A stretch of DNA of 51,676 nt, taken from the sequence record PZ534514.1. One strand, written 5' to 3'. Positions 7,832 to 18,481 of the stretch are shown piece by piece. A program made the position numbers and the translations under genes. How positions within the stretch are numbered: position 1 is the first letter of the stretch; each line of letters starts with the position of its first letter. Origin of the DNA: a phage. The notes below the pieces were generated by a model. The model was not told the DNA's origin. It made no database searches and was given only the letters and a program-made list of their open reading frames with translations.

Positions 7832-10800
7832 TTACCACGTACCAGTAAGCCTACCAATCTGAACACGCAAGCGCCCGTTTGCGTCTCGTACACTTATCGT
7901 TTCATTTGTCAACTTCATGGCCCCTTCTCCAGATGTAGAACCGTAGTTCTCAAATCTTCCGCTTTTATCCAGCCTCCAACCCTGCTGATTGGCAACAAAG
8001 TTATTCGACTGAATATAATTACCGATCATAGCATTTGTGATTGAACCGTTTTTAACTAACAGGCTATTAATGAAAACTTGGTTGTTTTCAACAACAAAAG
8101 GCAAAGTAAACGTTCCGCCAGTCGAGCTAGTCATAATCGCGAACCTGTTCGCGTCAAACAAGATTTGCGAGATAAGGCCGGATGAACTCTGCGAAAGCTG
8201 CATTACCATTCCTGCGCTGTACTTCTGCCCGTTGTAAGTTAACCCAAGTTTCATTGAGTATTTAGCACCAACAGACGATACGCCAGCCCATGAATCAAGT
8301 TTTTGAGCTAATGCAGATTCAACGTCTCCAAACTTAGCTGTTAACGCCTGGTCAGCCTGTACCCTTGCCTCTGTCTCGTTAGCGATAGCCTGTTTCACTT
8401 CAGAGATGTTAGCCTCAACCTCAGTCTTAATGACTCCGTTTAAATCTTCGATCTCCTTTGTGAACTTCGCATCAAGCGCGTTAACGGCCTGCGCGCGCGC
8501 TTCTGACTCATTGGCAATGGTTTGATTCACCTGATTAATGCTTGCGGCTGTATCGCGTTTTACACCGTCAATTTCAGTTGTGAATTTTGAATCCAAAGCA
8601 TTTATTTGAGTTGCTCGCGTTTCAGATTCTGTGGCGATAGCCTCCTGCACTGTCTTTATACTTGAAACAATATCCTCGTCGATTGACGCCCTCAACTCTT
8701 CAATCTGCGTAACTCGCGCCTCAGTCTCTGTGGCTATAAGTTCAAGAGCGTGACCGTACTCAGCCTTTCTCTTTCCGTTTTGTACTCGCGTCCACTTAAT
8801 ATCAGCATCATTAGCAAGAGCATTCTGGATGATTGCTTGCGCCTGGTCCTTTATCTTGTTTGCACTGTCAATAGCGTTCTCTTTCAGATCCTGACCTGCT
8901 TCAGTGTCAAAAATCTTATCAAGAATATCTCCTAAAACAGCCTCCACATCATCTGAAGCCATACCTCTAACAAAATCAGTCCAGCCGGAAACGTTGCCGA
9001 TTCTGTCAACGCTGCGGATCCTATACCAGACAACATGACCAGCCGGAAGCGTACCGTGCCAGTATTCATATTGTGGATACGGGATCAGCGTTAGCAGGCT
9101 TGAGTTTTCAGCCGTTCCATCCGGCGACTGGTGAAGCTCAATGTATGCCGTGTCTCCGCTCCCTTCTGGCATACCCCACTTAACACGAATGCCAAACACC
9201 TCATTGTCTGACGCAGTTAAGTTAACTGGCGCGCCTGGCTCTCCTACCTTACCAGTCAGTGATGCTGTCACAATTCTGGACCACGGAGATGTAGAACCTG
9301 AAGCGGAAACAGATCTAACCCTTACCTGGTAGTTTCCTGAATAAATACCTTCAACCTCAATTTCTTTGTTTGCGGTCTGTGGTGTATTCAGCCAGTTGCC
9401 ATCACCTTTTCGCCATTGCATTTCATACAGCGATGCGTAAGGTACTTTATCCCACGACACAACCATTGTTTCAACGCTTGCACCCTGGACAATTCGCGAG
9501 TATGAGGATATTTGCACATTTTCAGGCGCTGCCATTGTGTCAGGCTGGACAATTGAAGTTGGCCTGTCGTCAATGTTTACTCCATAATCAATCTCGTCGT
9601 ATTTGTTCGGGTCATATTCAACAGCCGTGATGGAGTATGTAAATTCATCATCATCATCACCTTTGCCGATACTCGTTACAACGTATTGCTGCAATGCAAT
9701 ATCAGTGCGGTCGATTGCAAAAACCGTGTCAGGTTTAACTTCAAACCCAAACCCAATGTTTAGTTCAATGGTTTTTCCGTCACCGCTTACTTTTGAGATT
9801 GTGCGCTTAACTGGCTTTCCGTCCGGCTTGTTGATGATAATGAAATCACCTGGTCGCGCGTCAATCTTAAACGGAACGAACACCTGCAAGCCGGAAACTT
9901 CCATCACGCGCCCTGATAGGTTTAATTTAAGGTTGCTGCTGTGAAAATTGTCAGCAATAGCAATCACATCACCTATTGATGGGATCATGCCTTCCAGTCC
10001 AGTAGCAAAGTTTACCGTAGTGCTGCGCAAGTTGGTTTTCAGTATCCATCGACCGCGCCGATTAGCCTCACTCCTGCGTGTACATCCGATCGCGGTTATG
10101 CTTGTAGGATTGTATCCAAAGCGCAATGCGGCCTCTGTGTCGAATACACCCTCTACGTCCTGTTGATACATGTTTTGTTCGTCATCGAACGTCACGTTGC
10201 ACTGCGTGTACATGCTCTTTTCACTTGCTGTTGTGTACTGAAAATCACCATCAACAACATTGTCATTTGTGAAGATGTACGACGGATCGCGCGGCTTATC
10301 AATGACGATTGACAAGCTCTCTCCATTCCAAAAGCTCATGCCTCGGAAGATTGAGCAAATATCACGAATAAGCTGATAAGCCTCAATCTGGCTTTGAATC
10401 ACAACGTCGCATAGATAACGCGGCTCTGTACCGCCTTTCCCGTCAGGCACTTTCTGATCGCAGTATTGCGCCGCTTCGTAAAGACTCCATTTATCAACTT
10501 GTACACCAAGTTCTCGCTGATCTAATCCATATCGCTGGTTTGTGATAATGTCATAAAGCACCCACGCCGGATTATTCGACCACGCTTTCTTGAACGTGCC
10601 ATTCCATGAACCGTGATACTCTCTCAAAACAGGATCGTAGTTACTCGGAACGTTAATCAGCTTCCATTTCTTCTTGATTGAAATGTTAGGGATCTGATTT
10701 GGGAATAATTCGCTGTCAAATTCAACGTAAACAAGACCAGTCAGAGGATAACGGAATTTTGCATCAATAACCTCAGCGTAACTTTGTAGTTTAATCAGAT

Positions 10801-11410
10801 CAGTAACACGAGAAGATGTGCTGTCTGCCGTAACCCTTCTAACCCTAAGCAATACGCGATCATTAAATACTGGAAGGTCAATCCTTCGGCTTCTGTCGTA
10901 ACCGGAACGCGTTTTACCTTCGATAGTGTCTCGCAATACTTCTTTGTAAGAGTCTCCGTCAACAGCCATATCAACAGCATAAGTAACCTTAACGCCGACA
11001 AGATCGCCGTTATCCTCTTGCTTAATGCCTGTTGGCATTATCATTTTGATTCTGATAGCCGATAATGTTTTGTTGGTTACGGAAATTACATAAGGATTTG
11101 ACGTAGTAATGTCACGCGCCAGCGTCACTTCGCTTGATGTGTCAGTAAACCCCTGGATGTAATCTTGCGTCTGCGTTCCAGGTCGAAATTCAGCTTTCAC
11201 ACCCTGGTAGTTAACAGTTCCGTCGTCTGCAATTACCGGAACATCATCAAGATACAGATCGCGAAGTGTAAAATCTGGATCGCACTCGCCATCGGAAACG
11301 GCAAGAAGGATTTTGATTTTGTTGATTGAGATCAGGTTATCTTCCATCTCTTTCGGAACATAAGGTTTTGATGATCCGCCCTTACTTCCCGTTATCATAT
11401 TTTCAGCCAT
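7832..11410 (-). CDS. Tail tip / host-specificity protein (lambda J-like)
   Basis: 1192 aa; N-terminal GSKGGSSKPYVPKE...ISINKIKILLAVSDGE and internal NYDPVLREYHGSWNGTFKKAWSNNPAW resemble lambda J. Confidence 0.9.
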   Translation of the reverse strand: MAENMITGSKGGSSKPYVPKEMEDNLISINKIKILLAVSDGECDPDFTLRDLYLDDVPVIADDGTVNYQGVKAEFRPGTQTQDYIQGFTDTSSEVTLARDITTSNPYVISVTNKTLSAIRIKMIMPTGIKQEDNGDLVGVKVTYAVDMAVDGDSYKEVLRDTIEGKTRSGYDRSRRIDLPVFNDRVLLRVRRVTADSTSSRVTDLIKLQSYAEVIDAKFRYPLTGLVYVEFDSELFPNQIPNISIKKKWKLINVPSNYDPVLREYHGSWNGTFKKAWSNNPAWVLYDIITNQRYGLDQRELGVQVDKWSLYEAAQYCDQKVPDGKGGTEPRYLCDVVIQSQIEAYQLIRDICSIFRGMSFWNGESLSIVIDKPRDPSYIFTNDNVVDGDFQYTTASEKSMYTQCNVTFDDEQNMYQQDVEGVFDTEAALRFGYNPTSITAIGCTRRSEANRRGRWILKTNLRSTTVNFATGLEGMIPSIGDVIAIADNFHSSNLKLNLSGRVMEVSGLQVFVPFKIDARPGDFIIINKPDGKPVKRTISKVSGDGKTIELNIGFGFEVKPDTVFAIDRTDIALQQYVVTSIGKGDDDDEFTYSITAVEYDPNKYDEIDYGVNIDDRPTSIVQPDTMAAPENVQISSYSRIVQGASVETMVVSWDKVPYASLYEMQWRKGDGNWLNTPQTANKEIEVEGIYSGNYQVRVRSVSASGSTSPWSRIVTASLTGKVGEPGAPVNLTASDNEVFGIRVKWGMPEGSGDTAYIELHQSPDGTAENSSLLTLIPYPQYEYWHGTLPAGHVVWYRIRSVDRIGNVSGWTDFVRGMASDDVEAVLGDILDKIFDTEAGQDLKENAIDSANKIKDQAQAIIQNALANDADIKWTRVQNGKRKAEYGHALELIATETEARVTQIEELRASIDEDIVSSIKTVQEAIATESETRATQINALDSKFTTEIDGVKRDTAASINQVNQTIANESEARAQAVNALDAKFTKEIEDLNGVIKTEVEANISEVKQAIANETEARVQADQALTAKFGDVESALAQKLDSWAGVSSVGAKYSMKLGLTYNGQKYSAGMVMQLSQSSSGLISQILFDANRFAIMTSSTGGTFTLPFVVENNQVFINSLLVKNGSITNAMIGNYIQSNNFVANQQGWRLDKSGRFENYGSTSGEGAMKLTNETISVRDANGRLRVQIGRLTGTW

Positions 11411-11419
11411 GCTTTTTCA

Positions 11420-11455
11420 CCTTTTGTGCTATTTGATTTGTTGAATTATACGGGC
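11420..11455 (-). promoter_or_regulatory. Possible promoter upstream of J-like gene
   Basis: Minus strand reads TATAAT...AAATAGCAC...AAAAGGTGA ATG, following a hairpin and T9 run. Confidence 0.35.
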
Positions 11456-11490
11456 AAAAAAAAAGCCGCGCAACGCGCGACTCTTTTATA

Positions 11491-12087
11491 TTAAGCCTTA
11501 TCCTCTGCATAGCTGCCAGCCGACCAGATAGCTCCGCCGACGGTCCTTTGACCATATGGCAATGGTATTGGGTATCCTGCTGCCGTTGTGTTAACAGCGC
11601 CACCGAAAGCATAAGACGGCTTGTTTTCTGCTGATTGGGATGACAATCTTGATCCTCCTTGCTGCGGTGAGATCATTTGCATTACTCCGCCAAGTACCAT
11701 TGCTCCACCCATCATGAAAGCAGACGATGCAAAAGCACCCATCAACGCAAGTGAAGCGCCGCCAGTGAAAAATGCAGTCGCCATAATAACCGCGCCAAGA
11801 ACAACCTGAAACAACCCGCCAGACTTTGAACCTGTTGGGATTGGAATAATCCTCACTTCCTTTGCGCATTGCCACGCTTTTTCATCGTGCTGTCCTACAT
11901 TCTTACCGTCAACAAATACAGCGTAACGCATTCGCGATCCTACTTCGCTTTGCATGTAGTCCTTGAATCCTTCCACCTGCGAAGATAGTGCGCGTATTGC
12001 TTCGGGGTATGAATCAACAGCCAGCTTATGAAATACTCCAAATCTTCGGCCTAAAGATCCAGATAATTTAATTACCTTCAAAGTCAT
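11491..12087 (-). CDS. Tail assembly protein (lambda I-like)
   Basis: 198 aa, Gly/Ala-rich hydrophobic C-terminal half, located between K-like and J-like genes. Confidence 0.75.
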   Translation of the reverse strand: MTLKVIKLSGSLGRRFGVFHKLAVDSYPEAIRALSSQVEGFKDYMQSEVGSRMRYAVFVDGKNVGQHDEKAWQCAKEVRIIPIPTGSKSGGLFQVVLGAVIMATAFFTGGASLALMGAFASSAFMMGGAMVLGGVMQMISPQQGGSRLSSQSAENKPSYAFGGAVNTTAAGYPIPLPYGQRTVGGAIWSAGSYAEDKA

Positions 12088-12799
12088 ATTTCAGATCCTT
12101 ATGTCTACAAACCATTTTGGCATGTTCCTGATACCATCCAGAATACAAATCAACCCTCGACAACTTACCAAAGGCATGATGAAGCAACTGATTGTTGCCA
12201 AGATAAATGCCTGCATGATTCCACACTGGCGCGGAAAGCTGAAAGATAACCATATCACCAGGTTTTGGCGGCTCTCCTGTTTCAACAAAACCCTCTTTCA
12301 GATAATTTTCCTGGTAAAGATTTTCGCCGTGCTCAGGCTTCCACCATTCATATGGTTTCCTGAAATCATTCAGGATAACGCCATGTTGCTTGTGCCATGC
12401 CATAATAAGCCCCCAGCAATCATACGCCCCAAGCGACCACGGGCGACCAATCAGAGGACGAGATTCAGGCTCAATTATTCTCATATCACCTTCGGGCCAT
12501 GACACAATAACCCATGAAACACCCATTTCATCACACATGCATGTATCATGGGCGCTTGGAATTGTACTTGCCCCGTCTCCAGTGTGGCTATGCACAACAG
12601 CAATAAGCTCGCCACTTTCGCACGCCTCAACGTATTCAATTGCGTCCATCTCAAAATGGTTTTCAGGATCATCATGCACGTTGGTTATGCGGTGGTATTT
12701 TTGCACGCGTGATTTTTGAGTGATAACACCGCACGCCTCGCGCGGGCATTCATCTTTTACGTGCTGCATTATTTCAAGTTTCATTTTTGCACTAATCAT
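12068..12799 (-). CDS. Tail assembly protein (lambda K-like), JAB/MPN plus NlpC/P60 domains
   Basis: JAMM-like HSHTGDGASTIPSAHD and a Cys/His peptidase region; TGATG overlap with the L stop. Confidence 0.8.
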   Translation of the reverse strand: MISAKMKLEIMQHVKDECPREACGVITQKSRVQKYHRITNVHDDPENHFEMDAIEYVEACESGELIAVVHSHTGDGASTIPSAHDTCMCDEMGVSWVIVSWPEGDMRIIEPESRPLIGRPWSLGAYDCWGLIMAWHKQHGVILNDFRKPYEWWKPEHGENLYQENYLKEGFVETGEPPKPGDMVIFQLSAPVWNHAGIYLGNNQLLHHAFGKLSRVDLYSGWYQEHAKMVCRHKDLKYDFEGN

Positions 12800-13560
12800 C
12801 ACTGATTTCTCCTTAACAGGCTTGCTACTGGTGCGCCGCCAAAATCAAGCTGCTTATCTGCACCAAAACGAAGTTTGCACGCTGTTACAGTTCCTGCGCA
12901 AAAGTCTTGAGATGGATCTTTTACAGGATTGTTGTCTTTGTCAAACATTCGCGACCCATTGTATCCGCAACCTTTTCCGCTTCGATACCATCCACGCTGC
13001 GCCCAATAACAAACGCTTTGAGTTATTCGCGGAGGAATCATTATTCCATCCATATCATAAGGCGATGTCAGGTCAAATTTCGCCATCATTCTATTGTAAT
13101 GGCTTGGGCGCTCAATGTAGTAAACCAGCTTTCTTGAAGCTCCATCTTTAATGCTGCCATCTTTCCCCATTAATTCCGCTGGCGTAATCCAGATTGTAAC
13201 CTTAGCTTGCATCATGCCGTTAAAGTTGCGAATCATCGCGCTCACCTGGCTATCAAGGTTTGATAGTATCAATTGTGGCTTATCAGCCTTTCCGTTGCTT
13301 GTGAAGTTGATTCCAGATATTCCGAACGGGCGCGCGCCGTAAACCTCACCACGGAATGTAATCTCTTTCGGCGGAAGAACTCCAGTTTCTCGCGCCTGCA
13401 ATAATTCTTCCGCAGTGTATGAGATGTTCTCATTGTGTATGCGGTAAATGTTTGCGCCAAACTTTGTGCCGTCAATCTCAATTAGCGTGATAATCTCGCC
13501 AGGGTAAAGGCTTTGCAGACAATTTTCAAGGTCCGCGCGACCTGTTGTTTCATTAGCCAT
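12799..13560 (-). CDS. Minor tail protein (lambda L-like)
   Basis: ATG at 13560 with RBS aaggaggtg; position between M-like and K-like genes. Confidence 0.75.
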   Translation of the reverse strand: MANETTGRADLENCLQSLYPGEIITLIEIDGTKFGANIYRIHNENISYTAEELLQARETGVLPPKEITFRGEVYGARPFGISGINFTSNGKADKPQLILSNLDSQVSAMIRNFNGMMQAKVTIWITPAELMGKDGSIKDGASRKLVYYIERPSHYNRMMAKFDLTSPYDMDGIMIPPRITQSVCYWAQRGWYRSGKGCGYNGSRMFDKDNNPVKDPSQDFCAGTVTACKLRFGADKQLDFGGAPVASLLRRNQ

Positions 13561-13621
13561 AATTGCACCTCCTTTCGTACATTGTATCATCAATAAAAAA
13601 GCCGCACAAAGGCGGCTTGAG

Positions 13622-13978
13622 TTATTGCATTGATGTAAATTGCTCAGTAAATGTTGCTTTCACTTCCTGAACGGTTGCTGATATTGGAGTTAATCCAACG
13701 CTACCAGATTTTACCCTGAATAGACTAGGTTGACCGTCAGGCATAAACCATAAAAACGGCTTCAACCTGTGACCATTCAGGAAGTCAACAACGTCTCTGT
13801 AATCCTTGCCAACATAGACAATGGAAAACTCCCTGCGTACAGTGTTAAACCCTCCTGACGCAACCTGCGTGTAACCATTACCAAATGAGATTTCCCTGTC
13901 GTTATTTGATGTGGTCATAGTGCCGCCGCCTCCTTGCGTTTGCGTGCACCATTTGAATTGCTCAAGTTTCACTATCAC
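13622..13978 (-). CDS. Minor tail protein (lambda M-like)
   Basis: GTG start overlapping the tape-measure stop (GTGA); FKW...ISFGNGYTQ resembles lambda M FRWK...VRFGDGYSQ. Confidence 0.7.
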   Translation of the reverse strand: MIVKLEQFKWCTQTQGGGGTMTTSNNDREISFGNGYTQVASGGFNTVRREFSIVYVGKDYRDVVDFLNGHRLKPFLWFMPDGQPSLFRVKSGSVGLTPISATVQEVKATFTEQFTSMQ

Positions 13979-16647
13979 CCCCGCTTAGACATAACAAATT
14001 CGTAAACTTCCCCACCCTGCGTACAGGAACGCTTAATCATATCAGTGAAAATCATTTTTACGCCAGTCTCCAACCCTTTTGGATCGTTTCCGTTGTTAAT
14101 ATCAACGCTGATCCCGCCAATATTAAGATTTGTTGCTCCATATGAAACTCCGCCGCCAGTGTATGAAGTGCCGCCAACAACGCCGCCATTTGCATAACCG
14201 CGCATCATTTTGTAAAGATTTCCAACTCCGATCCGCTTCGTTGCCTCCTTCGTCATGACAAACTCGCCTTTATGGACAACACCTGCTGGCTCATACTTCC
14301 CGCCGTCGCCAGTGTATCCACCAGTTGCAAATCCAACATTTTTAAGAAGGCTTCCAATCGTCCAAGTGTCACCGCCAATCGCACCAGATATGGCATTAAA
14401 GATAACCATTTTTGTGATCATCTGGATAATCATTTGGATGATTGACGTTGCGAAGCTCTTAAAGTTCGCCTTGCCTGTTGCAAGGAATGTAGCCATTTGG
14501 TTGGTTAGACCGTTGAGCGCCTCGCTTGCAATATCTTGCACGTTTCCGTACATATCCATTGCATCTTGCCCGTAAACCTCCCAAGCGTTTTTTGCTCCTG
14601 CAATCCAGTTATTTCTAAGCTGATCTTCAGTGGCGTAATACTCCTTCAGTTTTGCTTCCATCTGCTGATAAATTTCATCGTCGATACTACCGCCGCCAGC
14701 AACATAATCAGTTCGCAACTTCTTCAACTCAAGCTCTCTCTGGATTTGCAGATCTGTAGCTCCAGACTGTCGCAAGTTCATAGCGTCAATAGCATCCGAT
14801 GTTTGCTGAATGAATTTTAGCCCGTCCTGGTATTGCTTGTTCTTTCTCTGTTGCAAAACAATCTGATCGCCTATCTCGGCCTTTTCTTTTGCCATAGCAA
14901 GAACTGTTTTTTGCTCGTTTAGTAACGCCTGTTCCGCTCTTGTCAGCTTGCGCTTGCTTTGCGCTTCCTCCAGGATTTGGATCTGCTTTTCAATACTCCA
15001 CAAAGATTGCCTCTGGCGTGAAATAACATCATTTACAGTCCTGTGCTCTTTTAGTGTTTCAAGTTGCGCCTTGAGAACATATAGCTCCTTATCAAGCTGC
15101 TCTGTTGGTGCTTTTACAACTCCACCAACTTTCTCCTTTTGCTGCTGCGCCTTCTTCGCTTCTTCAAGCTCTTTTCGCCTGAACTCCACGTTCTCAGCCG
15201 CGCGCTTTTTCAACTCTTCGTCTGCTGTCCTTGCTACGTTCTTCTGATCTTCTATGGCTTTGTTTAAAGCCTCTTGCGCCGCTCGAACTCTGTTTAAGGA
15301 AAGGTTTTCTCTGTCGATGCGTGCTGCTCGTTCCGCCATATCCTTATTCGCATCTTTTACGATCTTTCCTATATCCTCATAGGTGTTTTTCGCAAATTGC
15401 AGCATTGGATTCACATAACCAAGCTCTTTCCCCAACAGCCCGCCGGACGGTGAAGCATAATCACGTTTTGCTTTTAAGACCGCATACCATGAATCGCCAA
15501 GCTCAAGAACTTTGTTTTTGTGATCAGCAATTTCATTGTTAAGACTTACAAAACTTGATGCGTTTTTGTATTCGTTTACTTTTGCCTTTGCTTCGTCATA
15601 AGTAAATCCAACATCGACGAGTTTTTGTATGGCCTCGGTTGCTCCATCCTTAGTGCTTATGTAAGCCTTTGCGATATTGTCGGCGCTCTCTCCTGTCTTG
15701 TCAGATAGCGCCTGGATTCCAGTTGCGATCCGCTCTGCAAACTCACCGGAAAGACCTGTTGCCTCCTGAACGGTTTTTGTGATCTCCTTCAATTGTGCAT
15801 TTGCTTTGTATGCATTATATGCAGCATAACCAAGAGCACCAGTCAGCGCCGTCATTCCTACACTTAAAGGCGTGACAAATGTCATTAGCGCTTTAAACGT
15901 ATTAGCAACACCGCCGAATGAGTCCTTGATTTGCCCCCCCTGCTGGATTGCAATCATCCATACTGGCATACCTGAAGCAAGAGAAGTAACAACGTCAGTG
16001 ATCTGCATTGGCAATTGCGCCATTGCTTGCTTGTACTGCCCCATAGAAACGCCAAGTTTTGAGGCTTGTTTTTCCTGTTCCTTCATTTTTGCAATAAATG
16101 GCGCAGCCTCTGCACTAACTCCAAGTTGTGCGGCTCTCATTTCGACAAGCTCTGATTTTGTTTTTTCCGCTGCGTCAGCTTGCGCCTGCAATGCCGCAAT
16201 AAACTTTCTTGCCTCAGCCTCTGCCCTTGCCTTGTTTTTTGCTTCCTCAAGCGCCGCGCGGCCTTCTTCAGTTAGCGCCTTTTTAGTTGCGATCAGTTTG
16301 TTTTGCTGCGTCTCAAGAATTGATCCTAACTCAAAGAATGTATCATCCGGCACAATTCCTTTTTTCCAAAGCGCATCAAGCTGTGTCGCAGCCTGGCGCA
16401 ACTTATCCATTTTGCTTGCTGTCGGATCTATTGCCGACTGAATTGCTTTAAATTCTTGCTTCTGCTTTGCCAATTCCTCAGCCAGTTGTTTGGCTCTTTG
16501 TCTTGCAACAACCTCTGAATCAACAAAACTCTCAACGCTTCCCTTTGCATCGTCGTTTGCCTTTTTGAATTGCTGCAAAGACTTTACAGCATTGTTGAGT
16601 TGAGAAACATCAACCCCAAGCGTCAAGCCTGCGTATTGTTCTGACAT
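13975..16647 (-). CDS. Tail tape measure protein
   Basis: 890 aa, long Ala/Lys/Glu/Gln coiled-coil region, Gly-rich C-terminus, between G/G-T and M. Confidence 0.9.
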   Translation of the reverse strand: MSEQYAGLTLGVDVSQLNNAVKSLQQFKKANDDAKGSVESFVDSEVVARQRAKQLAEELAKQKQEFKAIQSAIDPTASKMDKLRQAATQLDALWKKGIVPDDTFFELGSILETQQNKLIATKKALTEEGRAALEEAKNKARAEAEARKFIAALQAQADAAEKTKSELVEMRAAQLGVSAEAAPFIAKMKEQEKQASKLGVSMGQYKQAMAQLPMQITDVVTSLASGMPVWMIAIQQGGQIKDSFGGVANTFKALMTFVTPLSVGMTALTGALGYAAYNAYKANAQLKEITKTVQEATGLSGEFAERIATGIQALSDKTGESADNIAKAYISTKDGATEAIQKLVDVGFTYDEAKAKVNEYKNASSFVSLNNEIADHKNKVLELGDSWYAVLKAKRDYASPSGGLLGKELGYVNPMLQFAKNTYEDIGKIVKDANKDMAERAARIDRENLSLNRVRAAQEALNKAIEDQKNVARTADEELKKRAAENVEFRRKELEEAKKAQQQKEKVGGVVKAPTEQLDKELYVLKAQLETLKEHRTVNDVISRQRQSLWSIEKQIQILEEAQSKRKLTRAEQALLNEQKTVLAMAKEKAEIGDQIVLQQRKNKQYQDGLKFIQQTSDAIDAMNLRQSGATDLQIQRELELKKLRTDYVAGGGSIDDEIYQQMEAKLKEYYATEDQLRNNWIAGAKNAWEVYGQDAMDMYGNVQDIASEALNGLTNQMATFLATGKANFKSFATSIIQMIIQMITKMVIFNAISGAIGGDTWTIGSLLKNVGFATGGYTGDGGKYEPAGVVHKGEFVMTKEATKRIGVGNLYKMMRGYANGGVVGGTSYTGGGVSYGATNLNIGGISVDINNGNDPKGLETGVKMIFTDMIKRSCTQGGEVYEFVMSKRG

Positions 16648-16686
16648 TATTAATCCTCCAGGTAATAAAAAAGCGCCCGTAGGCGC

Positions 16687-17007
16687 TTATTTTGAATGCA
16701 TCATTTCAAGTGCTTTTTGCTCCATGATTCGCAAGTCGTTTAGCGCCATCTCGCGATCCTCAACCTTGTAAATCTCAAAAAGCATAGGCAAGACGTTATA
16801 ATCAAATCCGTAAGCGCCACCGCCTGAACATCTCCATTGCGTTTGCATTGCGCAAAATATATCCCATGATTGCATCATGCTTTCATCAAATATAACCTCT
16901 GGCGGATCTTCTCCTTCATAGTCTGCCCTTGTAAGGCCAACAGCCTCAAGCTCTGCATCTGTCGGCGGTTTCTGATAAAACAGGTAAACCGCCCTTTTTA
17001 GTTTTTT
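16687..17007 (-). CDS. T-frame extension of tail assembly chaperone G-T, reached by -1 frameshift
   Basis: The -1 frame is open from the slippery heptamer at 17001-17007 to the stop at 16687-16689. Confidence 0.7.
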   Translation of the reverse strand, partial: KKLKRAVYLFYQKPPTDAELEAVGLTRADYEGEDPPEVIFDESMMQSWDIFCAMQTQWRCSGGGAYGFDYNVLPMLFEIYKVEDREMALNDLRIMEQKALEMMHSK

Positions 17008-17315
17008 ACTCGCTGCCCCGCAAGCGCTTTCATGTATGCGCTAGTTAATCCGATTGCTGTTGCTGGGTAGTAATCAAGAAGCTGTTTAATATTTTCTTCG
17101 TTAAATTCATCATCAAGATTCCAACCGGAAGCAAGGAAGGTGATCATTTCAACATCGCTCATTGGAGTATCTGACGTGTAGCGCTCGTGAATCTCACTTG
17201 TTTTGCGGTGGCGAACTGTGAAGATAATTGTTTGATCTTCTCCGTTAGGCATTGCAAATTTCACTGGTAATTTAAAGTCAGGAAGCGGCCCAATCGTCAA
17301 TTTCATTTTTGACAT
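16998..17315 (-). CDS. Tail assembly chaperone G
   Basis: 105 aa between major tail and tape measure genes; RBS aaggag; ends ...GQRVKN with the slippery site in its last codons. Confidence 0.8.
   Translation of the reverse strand: MSKMKLTIGPLPDFKLPVKFAMPNGEDQTIIFTVRHRKTSEIHERYTSDTPMSDVEMITFLASGWNLDDEFNEENIKQLLDYYPATAIGLTSAYMKALAGQRVKN
17001..17007 (-). other. Programmed -1 frameshift slippery heptamer A AAA AAC
   Basis: Minus strand GTA AAA AAC TAA; X XXY YYZ site immediately before the G stop. Confidence 0.7.
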
Positions 17316-17327
17316 TTCTTTCTCCTT

Positions 17328-17371
17328 GATAGCACTTTTTGTTAAAAGAATTGATTATGAATCGTGTATCA
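17328..17371 (+). promoter_or_regulatory. Promoter-like motif, antisense to the tail operon
   Basis: gatagcactttttgttaaaag, 22 bp, tatcat on the + strand, directly upstream of the hairpin at 17394-17410. Confidence 0.3.
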
Positions 17372-17385
17372 TGATTGTACAGTAA

Positions 17386-17412
17386 CAAAAAAAGGGGCGC
17401 AACGCCCCTTGT
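17386..17412 (-). terminator. Terminator after major tail gene
   Basis: Hairpin ggggcg-ttg-cgcccc followed by T7 on the minus strand. Confidence 0.7.
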
Positions 17413-17414
17413 TA

Positions 17415-18077
17415 TTACTCTACTTGAGAAGGTAGAAAGGTGAATCGACCTTTCAGTGATACAGAAAGGGAAACAGTTTCCATTTCGTTAACTGTGGTCT
17501 GCGGGATTTCGTTAAACGAAAGTACACCAGCCCAGCAACGCATCTCTTTTGCTTTTGGTACATACATGCGAAGAGCGGTTACTTCGCCTGATTCATCTGC
17601 TGCACGAAGTAACGGATAGATCGCATTATCGTATTCGTGCGCAAAAGTGTAGGTAAGAGAAACGGCGCTCTTATAGGTAGGTAACTGCTGTTCCTGATCG
17701 TCTGCCAAACACTGATAGGTGTAGTATTGCTGTTCTCCGCCGTCCTGCGACAAATCCTGAACGCAAGGGATCTCAGTCCATGCATCAATTTTGGCAAAAG
17801 ATGCAGTGCCGCCAGACGGGAAAACGTTCTGATCAGTAGTATCTACGCCTTCAAGAGTTACGCTTGTTTCTTCACCGTTAGTCTTTACACGCATAACGCG
17901 ATCAATCAACTTACCCCAAGAAGACGCAGTGATGATAACATAATCACCTTTCTTGTACGCAGTGCCGCCAGATGCAACGGTGAATACAGGATCTTTAGCG
18001 TTTGACACTGCCGTTGCCTCAATAGCGCTTCCGCGATTGCTCTCAACGAAAATTTGCGATCCATTTGGTAAATGCAT
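17415..18077 (-). CDS. Major tail protein
   Basis: 220 aa with strong RBS aaaggag, followed by a strong terminator, immediately upstream of G/G-T. Confidence 0.75.
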   Translation of the reverse strand: MHLPNGSQIFVESNRGSAIEATAVSNAKDPVFTVASGGTAYKKGDYVIITASSWGKLIDRVMRVKTNGEETSVTLEGVDTTDQNVFPSGGTASFAKIDAWTEIPCVQDLSQDGGEQQYYTYQCLADDQEQQLPTYKSAVSLTYTFAHEYDNAIYPLLRAADESGEVTALRMYVPKAKEMRCWAGVLSFNEIPQTTVNEMETVSLSVSLKGRFTFLPSQVE

Positions 18078-18082
18078 AATTT

Positions 18083-18481
18083 TTACTCCTTTGTTTCAAT
18101 TCGAACATAAAACCTTATTGGGAGAATCCAACCGCTTTCACTCTTTAGCGGCTTGTGAACTCTTGCACCCTCATATATATAACCATGCTCCAGCATTTTA
18201 CCATCGTAAAAGAATTGCGCAATCTCTTTAGCGAGAACGCGCGGCCTGTCAGTTCCGTAACCTGGTGGAAACACAATGCCAACCTGAATCATTCCGATAT
18301 AAGAAACGCATTTTCGATCCAATGACAAGTATTCTGTGTCAACTTCGGCATAGTCAAACTTCAACCACGGCGAACCGTCACCAGGTGGCGTAAACTCTAC
18401 GTTTTCATAAGCGATCATGAGTCTGCTTTCGTATTCAGTCGCCAGCGCCTTACGCGCCGATAGCATTAATTCATAGTGCAT
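18083..18481 (-). CDS. Tail terminator / tail completion protein (by position)
   Basis: 132-aa ORF between connector genes and major tail gene; RBS gaggg. Confidence 0.5.
   Translation of the reverse strand: MHYELMLSARKALATEYESRLMIAYENVEFTPPGDGSPWLKFDYAEVDTEYLSLDRKCVSYIGMIQVGIVFPPGYGTDRPRVLAKEIAQFFYDGKMLEHGYIYEGARVHKPLKSESGWILPIRFYVRIETKE

Noticed and set aside
8037-10166. Plus-strand ORFs inside the J-like gene (8037-8237, 8750-8935, 9141-9332, 9370-9630, 9603-9944, 9948-10166)
   Set aside because: Antisense to a 1192-aa gene with clear J-family motifs; no RBS or promoter motif.
14255-16441. Plus-strand ORFs inside the tape measure gene (14255-14575, 14536-14820, 14948-15247, 15231-15542, 15872-16441)
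   Set aside because: Antisense to an 890-aa gene with good codon context; low-complexity translations of the opposite strand.
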